Made by a program: the position numbers and the translations under genes
Part shown: positions 1 through 13,087 of the stretch, piece by piece
How positions within the stretch are numbered: position 1 is the stretch's first letter
How the letters are laid out: every line of letters starts with the position of its first letter
Source of the DNA: Octopus vulgaris
Taxonomy: Eukaryota
Assembly: GCA_951406725.2 (NCBI GenBank)
Contig: OX597817.1
Location: 48,050,001-48,114,000, forward strand
Reading direction: 5' to 3'
Length of the DNA: 64,000 nt
The notes under the pieces: generated by a model
The model's input: only the letters and a program-made list of their open reading frames with translations
What the model was told of the DNA's origin: nothing
The model's database searches: none

Positions 1-40
1 TGCAAAGGGAAGTCATCCTTCCCGTCTTCAACTTATGATA

Positions 41-85
41 CACACGGACTCGAGTTTCGAGGTATTGACCTCTCGTCAGCGTGTG
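41..85 (-). ncRNA. Minimal type I hammerhead ribozyme (352-bp family, copy 1)
   Basis: Minus strand reads CACACG-CUGACGA-GAGGU caau ACCUC-GAAAC UCGA GUC^CGUGUG. Confidence 0.88.
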
Positions 86-392
86 ACAATCATAGTTGTC
101 GGCGAGAATTAGATTCCTTCACAAATACTTATACTTTTTCCAGCGTCCACTGTCGCTGATATTGAAAAAGTGAAATCAAACAATGATAAATATCAAAGTG
201 AGTTATATACAGTAGCGGTAACACATCGTGACGTATTTTTGCCATTTCAATATGGCTAACCCCTAAGGGTGGATGCTACTGTAGTTTTTAGCCCCAGGAG
301 GACACACTCCTCCAGCTGGCCATAGACACACTTTCTGTGTCCTGTCAGTATTTGCAAAGGGAAGTCATCCTTCCCGTCTTCAACTTATGATA

Positions 393-437
393 CACACGGA
401 CTCGAGTTTCGAGGTATTGACCTCTCGTCAGCGTGTG
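393..437 (-). ncRNA. Minimal type I hammerhead ribozyme (352-bp family, copy 2)
   Basis: Same motif as 41-85, exactly 352 bp away. Confidence 0.88.
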
Positions 438-865
438 ACAATCATAGTTGTCGGCGAGAATTAGATTCCTTCACAAATACTTATACTTTTTCCAGCGTCC
501 ACTGTCGCTGATATTGAAAATGTGAAATCACAATGATAAATATCAAAGTGAGTTATATACAGTAGCGGTAACACATCGTGACGTATTTTTCCCATTTCAA
601 TATGGCTAACCCCTAGTTAGTGTGTCTATGGCCAGCTGGAGGAGTGTGTCCTCCTGGGGCTAAGAACTACAGTAGCATCCACCCTTAGGAGTTAGCCATA
701 TTGAAATGGCAAAAATACGTCACGATGTGTTACCGCTACTGTATATAACTCACTTTGATATTTATCATTGTTTGATTTCACTTTTTCAATATCAGCGACA
801 GTGGACGCTGGAAAAAGTATAAGTATTTGTGAAGGAATCTAATTCTCGCCGACAACTATGATTGT

Positions 866-910
866 CACACGCTGACGAGAGGTCAATACCTCGAAACTCG
901 AGTCCGTGTG
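866..910 (+). ncRNA. Minimal type I hammerhead ribozyme (352-bp family, inverted copy)
   Basis: Stem I CACACG(866-871)/CGTGTG(905-910); core CTGACGA 872-878; stem II GAGGT/ACCTC; GAAA 893-896; C-TCGA-G; GTC cleavage triplet 902-904. Confidence 0.9.
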
Positions 911-1137
911 TATCATAAGTTGAAGACGGGAAGGATGACTTCCCTTTGCAAATACTGACAGGACACAGAAAGTGTGTCTATGGCCAGCTGGAGGAGTGTG
1001 TCCTCCTGGGGCTAAAAACTACAGTAGCATCCACCCTTAGGGGTTAGCCATATTGAAATGGCAAAAATACGTCACGATGTGTTACCGCTACTGTATATAA
1101 CTCACTTTGATATTTATCATTATATATATATATATAG

Positions 1138-2728
1138 TCTCCTGAAGGAATGTAGACACCAACTTGCAGTCCCTCTGACCAACCTCTGGAGAAATTCATT
1201 AGACGCAGGTTATATACCGAAACAGTTTCTATCCCAGTCGGTCATCCCGGTTTTCAAACAGGGAAACAGATCCCTCGCATTCAACTATCGCCCAATCTCA
1301 CTCACCTCCCACATCATTAAAGTGTTGGAAAGAGTGTTAAGATCAAGGATAGCTGACTTCCTGGAGACCCACAAACTCCTAAATGCAAATCAGCATGGCT
1401 TTCGCTGTGGCAGGGACTGTTTAACACAGCTCTTACACCACATTGAAGATGTACTCAAAGCCTTGGGAACAGGTTCGAACTCTGACGTCATATATCTTGA
1501 CTTCAGTAAAGCGTTCGACAGGGTAGACCATAATATCCTACTCTCAAAATTGGCAAATGTTGGAATCCGTGGAAAAGTTCTACACTGGATTAAGTATTTC
1601 CTGGCGAATAGAACACAACATGTTGTAGTTGATGGAGTCCACTCAAGCCCAGCAAAAGTCACCAGCGGTGTTCCCCAGGGGACTGTTTTGGGTCCGCTAC
1701 TCTTCATAATTTACATAAACGACCTTTCCAGTGTTGTACATTACTGCAAAGTGAAAATATTTGCTGATGACACTAAGCTCCAGCAAATCGTCAATGAAGA
1801 AGCAGACCGAACTCAACTCCAGTCTGATCTATATGCTGTGAGTCAATGGGCAGACAGAAACAAAATGCAACTGAATGAGGGAAAATTTGAGCTGATGCAT
1901 TTTGGAAGAAATTCCTCACTAAAACAACCATACTCTCTTCCTTCAGGGGAACCGCTCACAGCCTCTAACAATATCAGAGACCTGGGTGTAATTGTTGATG
2001 ACGATCTCAGTTGGAGTGCACACATCAACAAGAAGGTCGATATAGCTCGTAGGATGAGTTCCTGGATCTTAAGAACTTTCCGGTCCAGAGAACAAGGTGT
2101 CATCATACCACTTTTTTCTTCCTTTGTACGGCCACACCTTGAATACTGCTGCCCACTGTGGTCTCCCCATACAAGACAAAACATCTCCAGAATTGAGTCA
2201 CCCCAGAGGGTACTCACTAAACGAATTGAAGGTATGGCTGCTCTCGATTATTGGGATCGCCTTAAAGCCTTGAAACTTTACTCCCTCCAGCGTCGCCGTG
2301 AGCGGTACATCATTAGTACGATGTGGAGAATATACCTCCAACTTTGCCCAAACGACCTTAACATTAGCTTCAAGGTTCATCCAAGACTGGGACCACGGGC
2401 CATACGTCCCCTGCCCAATTCAAGATCACAACATACATGTACACTGCAACATAATTTCTTTTCCTCAACAGGCCCTGCCCTATTTAACATTATCCCGAGA
2501 GAGATCAAAGAGGAAAAGGATCCCATCAACTTTAAACGGAGTCTGGATAGATTCCTTCAAAGAATACCAGATAAGACACCCATAATTGGATACAACTCAC
2601 CCAACAAGAACTCACTACTTGAACAAAACTTGACTTAAACAGGATTCGAATAATCCTATCAGGTGGTGCTATTAAGTTAGATTGGCCTGGACCAATCTTT
2701 GGTCGAAACATATCTAAGTTTATCTAAG

Positions 2729-2732
<4 letters not shown>
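1138..2732 (+). mobile_element. 5'-truncated CR1-like LINE with open reverse transcriptase frame (ORF ends 2638)
   Basis: Motifs YRPISL, QHGFR, DFSKAFD, GVPQGTVLGPLLF, FADD, RPHLEYC, SLQRRRER. No APE domain. The 3' UTR has a hairpin (GACCA..TGGTC) and a terminal atctaagttt x2. Flanked by (TA)n. The first ~27 aa of ORF 1058..2638 come from the upstream repeat and TA tract. Confidence 0.92.
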
Positions 2733-2814
<82 letters not shown>

Positions 2815-2815
<1 letters not shown>

Positions 2816-3180
2816 CAATAATAAATCTCTGAACGAGATGTAAACAGTGACTGCACGACAATGTAAGGTATACTAGCCATCTCAATATGGCTAACCACTA
2901 AGGGTGGGTGTTACTATAACTTGTAGCCCCAAGAGATCATCGTCTCCAGCTGGCTTTAGGCACACCTTATGGTATTTGCAGGCAAATACCTAGAAACTGC
3001 AGTCCGTGCGTATCACTTAGGTTGACGAGAGAGGGATGACCTCCCTTTGCAAATACCATAAGGGCACAGAAAGTGTGCCTAAAGCCAGCTGGAGACGATG
3101 ATCTCCTGGGGCTACAAGCTACAGTAACACCTACCCTTAGTGGTTAGCCATATTGAGATGGCTAGTATACCTTACATTAT
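2815..3180. repeat. Fold-back remnant of a family related to the 352-bp unit, with the 3' half of a hammerhead
   Basis: Arms ~2860-2966 and ~3073-3178. Centre has GAAAC-TGCA-GTC-CGTGCG at 2993-3010. Clear similarity to 893-1060. Confidence 0.8.
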
Positions 3181-3246
3181 ATATATATATATTATTTATA
3201 TTGTTATATGATTGAACGCCACGCATCCTCTTCGAAATTTTGTCTA

Positions 3247-3322
<76 letters not shown>

Positions 3323-3324
<2 letters not shown>

Positions 3325-3486
3325 CGTTGGAGTGGGTGTGTGGTAAGTAGAATGCGTACCAACCACATGGTTCCGGGTTCCGTACAATTGCGTGGCACCT
3401 TGGGCAACTGTCTTCTACTATAGCCTCAGGCCGACCAATCCTTGTGAGTGGATTTGGTAGACGGAAACTGAAAGAAGCCCGTCGTA

Positions 3487-3580
<94 letters not shown>

Positions 3581-3828
3581 CGCGTGTGCGTGTGCGTGTG
3601 TGCGTGTGTGTGCGCGCGCATGTGTGTGTGTGTTTGTCTGTCTGTGTTTGTCCCCCCCCCAACATCGCTTGACAATCGATGCTGGTGTGTTTACGTCCTC
3701 GTAACTTAGCGGTTCGGCAAAAGAGACCGATAGAATAAGTACTAGGCTTACAAAAAATAAGTGCTGGAGTGCTGCTCCAGCATGGCCACAGTCAAATGAC
3801 TGAAACAAGTAAAAGACAGTAAAAAGAG

Positions 3829-3830
<2 letters not shown>
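3323..3830 (+). mobile_element. tRNA-derived SINE family A with internal (TA)n(TG)n tract
   Basis: A/B-box-like head (tgtggtaag..ggttc), ccttgggcaa core, aaaagag tail. Other copies or pieces at ~6201-6610, 7459-7930, 10363-10776(-), 12208-12360, 26133-26520, 39395-39665(-), 52666-53082(-), 54943-55333, 59292-59650. Confidence 0.85.
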
Positions 3831-3903
<73 letters not shown>

Positions 3904-4387
3904 GTGTATATATATATATATATGTGTGTGTATATATATATATCTATATATCTATATATCTAGAGTCGATGTGATATCGACTAGTTCTCTTCCACCAAAT
4001 TTCAGGCCTTGTGCCTATATTAGAAAGGACTATTGGAAACAGTTGGTCTTTCTGATTGATACCTCCTACGAAAAAAAAATAAGAAGACAAAAAAAGACAA
4101 GGAAAAACGACGTGACCGTTTTTGAAGTTGTTAAGCAACCTTTTCCATTTTTGGAACACGATATCTGGTACATATGTCTTTCATGCTCACGTTGCGTTGC
4201 TGCTTTTTACGAAATTTGCAAAGCCGGCAATACCACATATGCAAGTCATGAATGCCTTTGTCTTCCAACCTGCAATCAGGTTGAACATATACACATGCAG
4301 CGCGTAGCTACTTTAACGTTTGGTCGTTTAGTCTATGCTAATTGGTTGATTAGAAAGACACGTTTTATGCATGAATGTATGTATGTA

Positions 4388-5328
4388 CAGGGGTTAGACA
4401 AAATAATGGAAATACCTAGCATCATAGTATCATAATTTTGAAATATCTATAAAACCGTCAAATGCTTGTTTATTTTTATATTTTTTGATTTATTATTAGT
4501 GTTGCTTAATATGGTTTGCTAAAATTGCTGTTTCTTTCAGGTTTCATCAGAAAAAGGTAATTAAAATTCATTAAAATGACGGATCTGTCGGACTTTCAAA
4601 GAGGTCAAATTGTTGGTGCTTGTAATGCAGGCGCCAGCGTAATGAAAACAGCTGAAATGTTTGGTGTATCAAGAAGTGCTGTCTCGAAAGTAATCACAGC
4701 CTTTGAGCAAGAGGGAAAACCTCCTCGTCGAAACAAAACTCCAGAAGGAAACCAAAACTTTCAGATAGGGGCCACTGAACTCTTACACGAATTGTTAGAA
4801 AGAATCACAAAAGTACACCTCCCAAAATTACCGTAGAGCTTAATGACCACCACGAGAACCCAGTTTCCGCAAAACCTGTTCGCCAGGAGCTGCACAAAGC
4901 CCGATTTTACGGGAGGGCTGCAATCAGAAAACCACTACTTTCAAAAACAAACGCTGCAAAGCGTTTTTTGAGTGAAGTGAAAACCTACCGAATTTGTCCC
5001 TAGAGCAGTGGAAGAATATTATTTTCTCGGACGGGTCATCCTTTACCTTTTTTCCGACTACCGGCCGAATATACTTGTGGAGACAGCTAAAAGAAGCATT
5101 TGACCCAGACTGCCATCTTCCAACTGTTAAACATGGAGGGAGATCTGTGATGATCTGGGTGGGGGTGGGGTTATATATTCGAAATCCTGCGGGCCAATGG
5201 TTTCTTTTCATGGCAGAATTGATAGCCAAGACTATTTAAGCATTTTATCTGATCAAATTCATTCTATGGTTGCGGAACCGTTTCCGGAGCGGAACGCAGT
5301 CTTTCAGGATGATAATGCAACAATTCAC
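4388..5328 (+). mobile_element. Degenerate, truncated Tc1-type transposon
   Basis: TA-CAGGGG terminus. Frameshifted transposase pieces MTDLSDFQRGQIVGA, IIFSDGSSF, VKHGGRSVMIW, FQDDNATIH. The continuation is found inverted at 6800-6888. Confidence 0.85.
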
Positions 5329-5550
5329 TGAAAGAAACCCGTCGTGTATATATATATATATACACGACGGGTTTCTTTCAGTTTCCGTCTACTTAATCCA
5401 CTCACAAGACTTTGGTGAGCCCAAGGCTATAGTAGAAGACACTTGCCCAAGGTGGCACGCAGTGGAACTGAACCCAGAGCCATGTGGTTGGTAAGCAAGC
5501 TACTTACCACACAGCCACTTCTGCGTCTATATATACATATATTTATATAC

Positions 5551-5597
<47 letters not shown>

Positions 5598-5607
5598 TAC
5601 ATACATG

Positions 5608-5648
<41 letters not shown>

Positions 5649-6626
5649 ATAATAACAATGAACCTTGGCTGGATTTTATAAATATTCTAATGCATCGCTA
5701 CGCGCGTTTCCACAAATCATTTGTCTCTTAAGATCACAGTCTATACTCCTGGGATGATTACAGTAATATCCGTGGACAGCAGGTAGATCATCTTCATGGA
5801 TTGATTTCTTTAGGTGATATAACATTACCGGATGTTTAACTGAGGGTTGTTTATCCCTTTTGGCCAGTATAAAGGTTGTTTTTGGTTATACCAGTAGAGC
5901 TCGATGCCATCCAAAACAAAAAAAAACTGGATCACCGGCCAGCATCATTGAACTGTGGCCGACATTATAGAATAGGATCTTTATTTGCATATTCAAAACG
6001 TTTCTCGTAAACAAATTTACAACCGAAAGGCAGAACTATAAACGTCACTAAAGCGACTAAGTGCCCTAGTGTGGACCAACATTGCTAGAAATAAGAGTCG
6101 AAACAACTCTTAATCACGATGAGGCACTTATCTTATGACTGACAAGAGAGGCAAACATCTGAGGCATAGCCAGATCATCAAGGATTTCGCATTTGATTAA
6201 GGCGCATGCGTGGATGTGTGGTAAGAAGCTTTTCCAACCACACGGTTCCCGGTTCAGTCCCACTGCGCGGCACCTAGAGCAAGTGTCTTCTACTATAGCC
6301 TCGGTCCGACCAAAGTCTTATGAGTGGATTTGGTAGACGGAAACTGAAAGAAGCCCGTCGTATCTATCTACCTATGTGTGTGTGTTTGTCTTTGTGTCTG
6401 TGTTTGTCCCCACTCTTAACCGCTTGAGAACCGGTGATGGTATGTTTACGTCCCCGTAATTAATGGTTCGACAAAAGGGACCAATAGAATAAGTACTAGG
6501 CTTTAAAAAATTATAGTTCATGGGGTCGATCTGTTCGACTAAAAACCCTTCGAGGCGGTGCCCCTGCATGGCCGCAACCAAGTGACTGAAACAAGTGAAA
6601 TAATAAAAGAACAGACAGACAGATAC

Positions 6627-6721
<95 letters not shown>

Positions 6722-6883
6722 TGCAGACAGACAGACAGATTGATAGTTAGAAAGATAGACGGACAGATATATATACATACATACATGCATATATATATGT
6801 TCAACTTCACTAAAATGTTCCTAAGCTATTCAGTAACAACTTTAGCCGTGTGAATTGTTGCATTATCATCCTGAAAGACTGCG

Positions 6884-6937
<54 letters not shown>

Positions 6938-7169
6938 TGTATGTTTGTATGTCTCTGCTTGTCCTCCCAACATCGCTTGACAACCGATGGTGGTGTTTTT
7001 ATGTCCCCGTAACTTAGCGGTTCGGCAAAAGAGACCGATAGAATAAGTACTAGGCTTACAAAGAATAAGTTCTGGGGTCGATTTGCCCGACTAAAGGTGG
7101 TGCTCCAGCATGGCCACAGTCAAATGACTGAAACAAGTAAAAGAGTAAAAGAGTAAATATATACGATTC

Positions 7170-8830
<1,661 letters not shown>

Positions 8831-9390
8831 TTTGAACTCTAAGACCAGTCCCAGAAACCACTGAACCATGACAGATTAGTCGAGAAACAAAACCATCCTT
8901 TTGATTCCACAATGCTCTCCCCCACCAACCAATCACCCACACTATTCTTAAAAATAGCAAACATTTCTTATACACACACTACAAGACAGGAGATGAAGGA
9001 TGGAAACGTTGGTCATTCCCCTAAAACCCTGCATAAATACTTAAATATGATTCCTTCTGTATATATGCTTCTATATAACCATGATTTATTGATGAACGTA
9101 AAAAAAATATAAATTTATTTTACTACCCATTTTGAACACTTTCATGTAAACGGTTTAAACAAAAAATCCCTTTTAAAATTTTCTTATCATTGTCAAAGAT
9201 TCTATTTTTTAACATTTTCTTGTCATTATCAAAGACTGTATAACTGTATCTTAATACAATTATGATAACCATTTTTTAAACACAACAAAGCTTATACAAA
9301 GCTCTACATTTTACTTTTAATAATCTTTTTTAAAAAAAAGTTAAACCAGTCAAGTCAATAAACATCTTTAAATGACCACTGCATTTTCAC

Positions 9391-9481
<91 letters not shown>

Positions 9482-9574
9482 TTTATAGAAAAGCAAAAGA
9501 CGAAGACTATATATTTATATATATAATATATATACACACATATGTATACATACATACACGCTCATATATATATA

Positions 9575-9640
<66 letters not shown>

Positions 9641-9641
<1 letters not shown>

Positions 9642-9791
9642 TTTATTATTAAAGCTTCAAAATACATCACAAAAATATCACAAAAACTGCTACTCAGAGT
9701 TTCACAGTCCCTTTCGTCAGACAGCTGTGATTAAGAATGGAACAAGAATTAAGGTTAACCTTGTGATGTTTTTGAAAATTTGATAATAAAG
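9641..9791 (-). mobile_element. PLE-type fold-back remnant with partly decayed hammerhead (9685-9726)
   Basis: ~32-bp inverted ends. Minus strand reads AGCUGU-CUGACGA-aagggacugu-GAAAC UCUGA GUA-GCAGUU. Related copy at ~61262-61310. Confidence 0.6.
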
Positions 9792-9861
9792 CACACTACT
9801 CTACCTCCAGCATTCGAGCACTATATTTTCTCACCTTATTTTATATTTGTGTGGTGAGTCT

Positions 9862-9908
<47 letters not shown>

Positions 9909-10230
9909 CAGTTTTGTGCAATGAACAGAGGTGTAACAAGTTTCTTATCATATATCAGGAAATTATACCCATCTTATTATGGATTAATCATGGATAGATG
10001 CATCGTCCGTGAGTATGAAATATCTCCTCATATCTCCGGTAATTTGTACCTACATTATGGATGGATTCACCTTCTCTGTGAAGCTAACAAGCTTTTTTAA
10101 AACCTGTTATAAGACTGTGCACCATCATTAGAGAACTTTGCTTACAACCTAAATTTGCTTTTTATAGAACTATCTCCGATACTTCATGAGTGTAGCCTCA
10201 CCCACTAGGATGCTTGGAGAACTCATATGT

Positions 10231-10325
10231 GTTTTGGCTGATGAGTACGGGACACTTGTATTTGCTGCAAAATTTGCAGCTTTTAGTAAAGCTTGTCTTC
10301 GTATGAAACAATTGTACTGAAAAAC
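10231..10325 (+). ncRNA. Type I hammerhead with branched stem II insertion
   Basis: CTGATGA 10238-10244; GTACG..CGTAT stem II with internal hairpins; GAAA 10305-10308; C-AATT-G; GTA 10314-10316; stem I ttttgg/ctgaaa (with G-U pairs). Confidence 0.75.
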
Positions 10326-10580
10326 TAATCCATTCTTGTTGCTTTTTTATCGTATATATATACTCTTTACTCTTTTTACTCTTTTACTTGTTTCAGTCAT
10401 TTGACTGCGGCCATGCTGGAGCACCGCCTTTTAGTCGAGCAAATCGACCCCGGGACTTATTCTTTGTAAGCCCAGTACTTATTCTATCGGTCTCTTTTGC
10501 CGAACCGCTAAGTGACGGGGACGTAAACACACCAACATCGGTTGTCAAGCAATATTAGGAGGACAAACACAGACACACAA

Positions 10581-10614
<34 letters not shown>

Positions 10615-10776
10615 GACAGGCTTCTTTCAGTTTCCGTCTACCAAATCCACTCACAAGGCATTGGTCGGCCCGGGGCTATAGCAGAAGACACGTGCCCAAG
10701 ATGCCACGCAGTGGGACTGAACCCGGAACCATGTGGTTGGTTAGCAAGCTACTTACCACACAGCCACTCCTGCGCC

Positions 10777-10865
<89 letters not shown>

Positions 10866-10942
10866 ATAATAATATTAGGGAATATAATTCCAAACTTACA
10901 GGGAAAAATTCAATTTAGAAATACTAAATCAAATTTCACAAA

Positions 10943-10990
<48 letters not shown>

Positions 10991-11096
10991 ATGAAATGGA
11001 TAAATGAATTATCTTGTTACGGATTATTCAAAATTTAACCGATACCTGTGTAGGAATTTTGTAGAATCTTCGTTCGGCTCCATTTCTTCCCTTCAC

Positions 11097-11151
<55 letters not shown>

Positions 11152-11153
<2 letters not shown>

Positions 11154-11386
11154 TAGAGAAAAAACACCTTTTATCAATTCAACAATGAAAAATTTAATTA
11201 TACCATATGGAAAAAAATCCTATAAAAAAAATTAAATATAAGATAAAAACATATACCAATGATTTAAGTAATGTACAAAATAATATCGTATATTTAAATT
11301 TTTCTTTAGGATGTAATTTTTTTTCTATATAGTATAATTAAATGTTTACATTGTTGAATTTATAAAAGGTGTGTTTTTTTCTAATT
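11152..11386. repeat. AT-rich fold-back between (TA)n tracts
   Basis: aaaacaccttttatcaattcaacaatg is mirrored by cattgttgaatttataaaaggtgtgtttt. Confidence 0.7.
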
Positions 11387-11643
11387 TATATACATACATA
11401 TATATATATATATGTATGTATGTATGTCTGACCATTCTGTCCGAGTCAGACGCCATGATAGATCGTTAGCCACTACACACATTTTTTTCTCTCCTTGTTT
11501 TTTTCTGTGTCCGTTTCTGTAGAAGAGCGTAGGCTCGAAACGTAAAAGACCTTTTCTATTCCTGAGCGCTATACTAATACATCTGTTTGTTTTGTACACC
11601 ACCTGTCTTCGCTTTTTGTTTTTTCCGTGAACTCTCCCCCCCC

Positions 11644-11691
<48 letters not shown>

Positions 11692-12384
11692 CCATCCAAT
11701 TTACTGGGAGATTACATTGATGTAATAATGTGAAACACGAACTGTACTCGACGACAGTAGCAAAAGCAAATGGGCTACAGGAGATGCACATATCGACAGG
11801 AAGATGGCAAATTCGATAAGGTGTAAGAAACACCTCAGTAGAAATGGCTAGAATTAGACGTCTTCATCGAACTGTTGGATGCTTACGATTCAGTTGAATT
11901 CGGATTTGTTAAACAAGGTATTGTATTAGATATATTCGCAAGAAGACGAAATGCAAAACTGGGATTGTTCTGGCAGCATTTTCTATCTGTAATGAGTTCA
12001 CCAGTTCACTCTCCTTGAATTTTATGAAATAATACCATTCAACACAATGCAGGTCATGGACATTATCCGGAATACACGAAACAATGTATTGCAACCCGGA
12101 TATAACTCATCAAATCACCCACTATTATTGTTGAGACTTTTTTCAATTTATTTCTAAGTGGAAGTGTTCTCAGACAACCTTCACGCCCCGGACGCTATTA
12201 GTTATTTGATGTGGTTGTGTGGTAAGAAGCTTGCTTCCCAACCACATTGTCCCGGGTTCAGTTCTCACTGCGTGGAACCTTGTGTCTTCTAGTATAGCCT
12301 CGGTCCGATCAAGGTCCCCTGAGGGAGCTTGGTTGACGGAAATTGAAAGACGACCGTCGTGTTTTCACACACACACATACACAC

Positions 12385-12431
<47 letters not shown>

Positions 12432-12534
12432 CACGCATACACACACATGTATATATATATATGTACATTCGTGTGCGTGAGTGCGCAGCTTGTGTGTATG
12501 TGTGTGTATATGTATATGTGAATGTATGTGCATG

Positions 12535-12583
<49 letters not shown>

Positions 12584-12694
12584 GCATGTATATATACATA
12601 TATATGTAGGTATGTACATATATGTATGTATTTATGCATACATTTATATATTATTTATATTATATATTGGTGCCTTTTACCATTTATCTACTTT

Positions 12695-12737
<43 letters not shown>

Positions 12738-12738
<1 letters not shown>

Positions 12739-12990
12739 GAGGCGCGTGGCTTAGTGGTTAGGGTGTTGGACTCCTGATCGTAAGGTTGTGGTTTCGATTC
12801 CTGGACCGGGTGACGCGTTGTGTTCTTGAGCAAAACACTTCATTTCACGTTGTTCCAGTCCACTCAGCTGGCAAAAATGAGTAACGCTGTGATGGACCGG
12901 CTTCCCGTCCAGGTGGGGAATTTCTACGCCACTGAAACCTGGAAACCGGCCCTTAAGAGCCTGGAATGGCTCGAGAGGGAACATTTATTT
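12738..12990 (+). mobile_element. tRNA-derived SINE family D
   Basis: ggcgcgtggcttagtggttag..ggtttcgattcc head and ttgagcaaaacacttc core. Copies at ~31520-31770 and 32610-32852(-). Confidence 0.8.
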
Positions 12991-12992
12991 AT

Positions 12993-13084
<92 letters not shown>

Positions 13085-13087
13085 GTA

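Larger units (their letters stand above)
1..1121. repeat. 352-bp tandem array with fold-back (retrozyme / Penelope-like pLTR array), one hammerhead per unit
   Basis: The unit starting tgcaaagggaag at 1 recurs at 353. The direct part ends at ~615; 619-1121 is the reverse complement (one full unit plus a partial one) and ends at (TA)n. The array probably continues left of the window. Confidence 0.92.

Noticed and set aside
935-990. SECIS-like AUGA-N11-AAA in the 352-bp unit
   Set aside because: No complementary 3' helix strand or GA quartet.
1058-1137. N-terminus of the 526-aa ORF as a native LINE start
   Set aside because: It is encoded by the 352-bp repeat and a TA tract; LINE similarity starts at ~1138.
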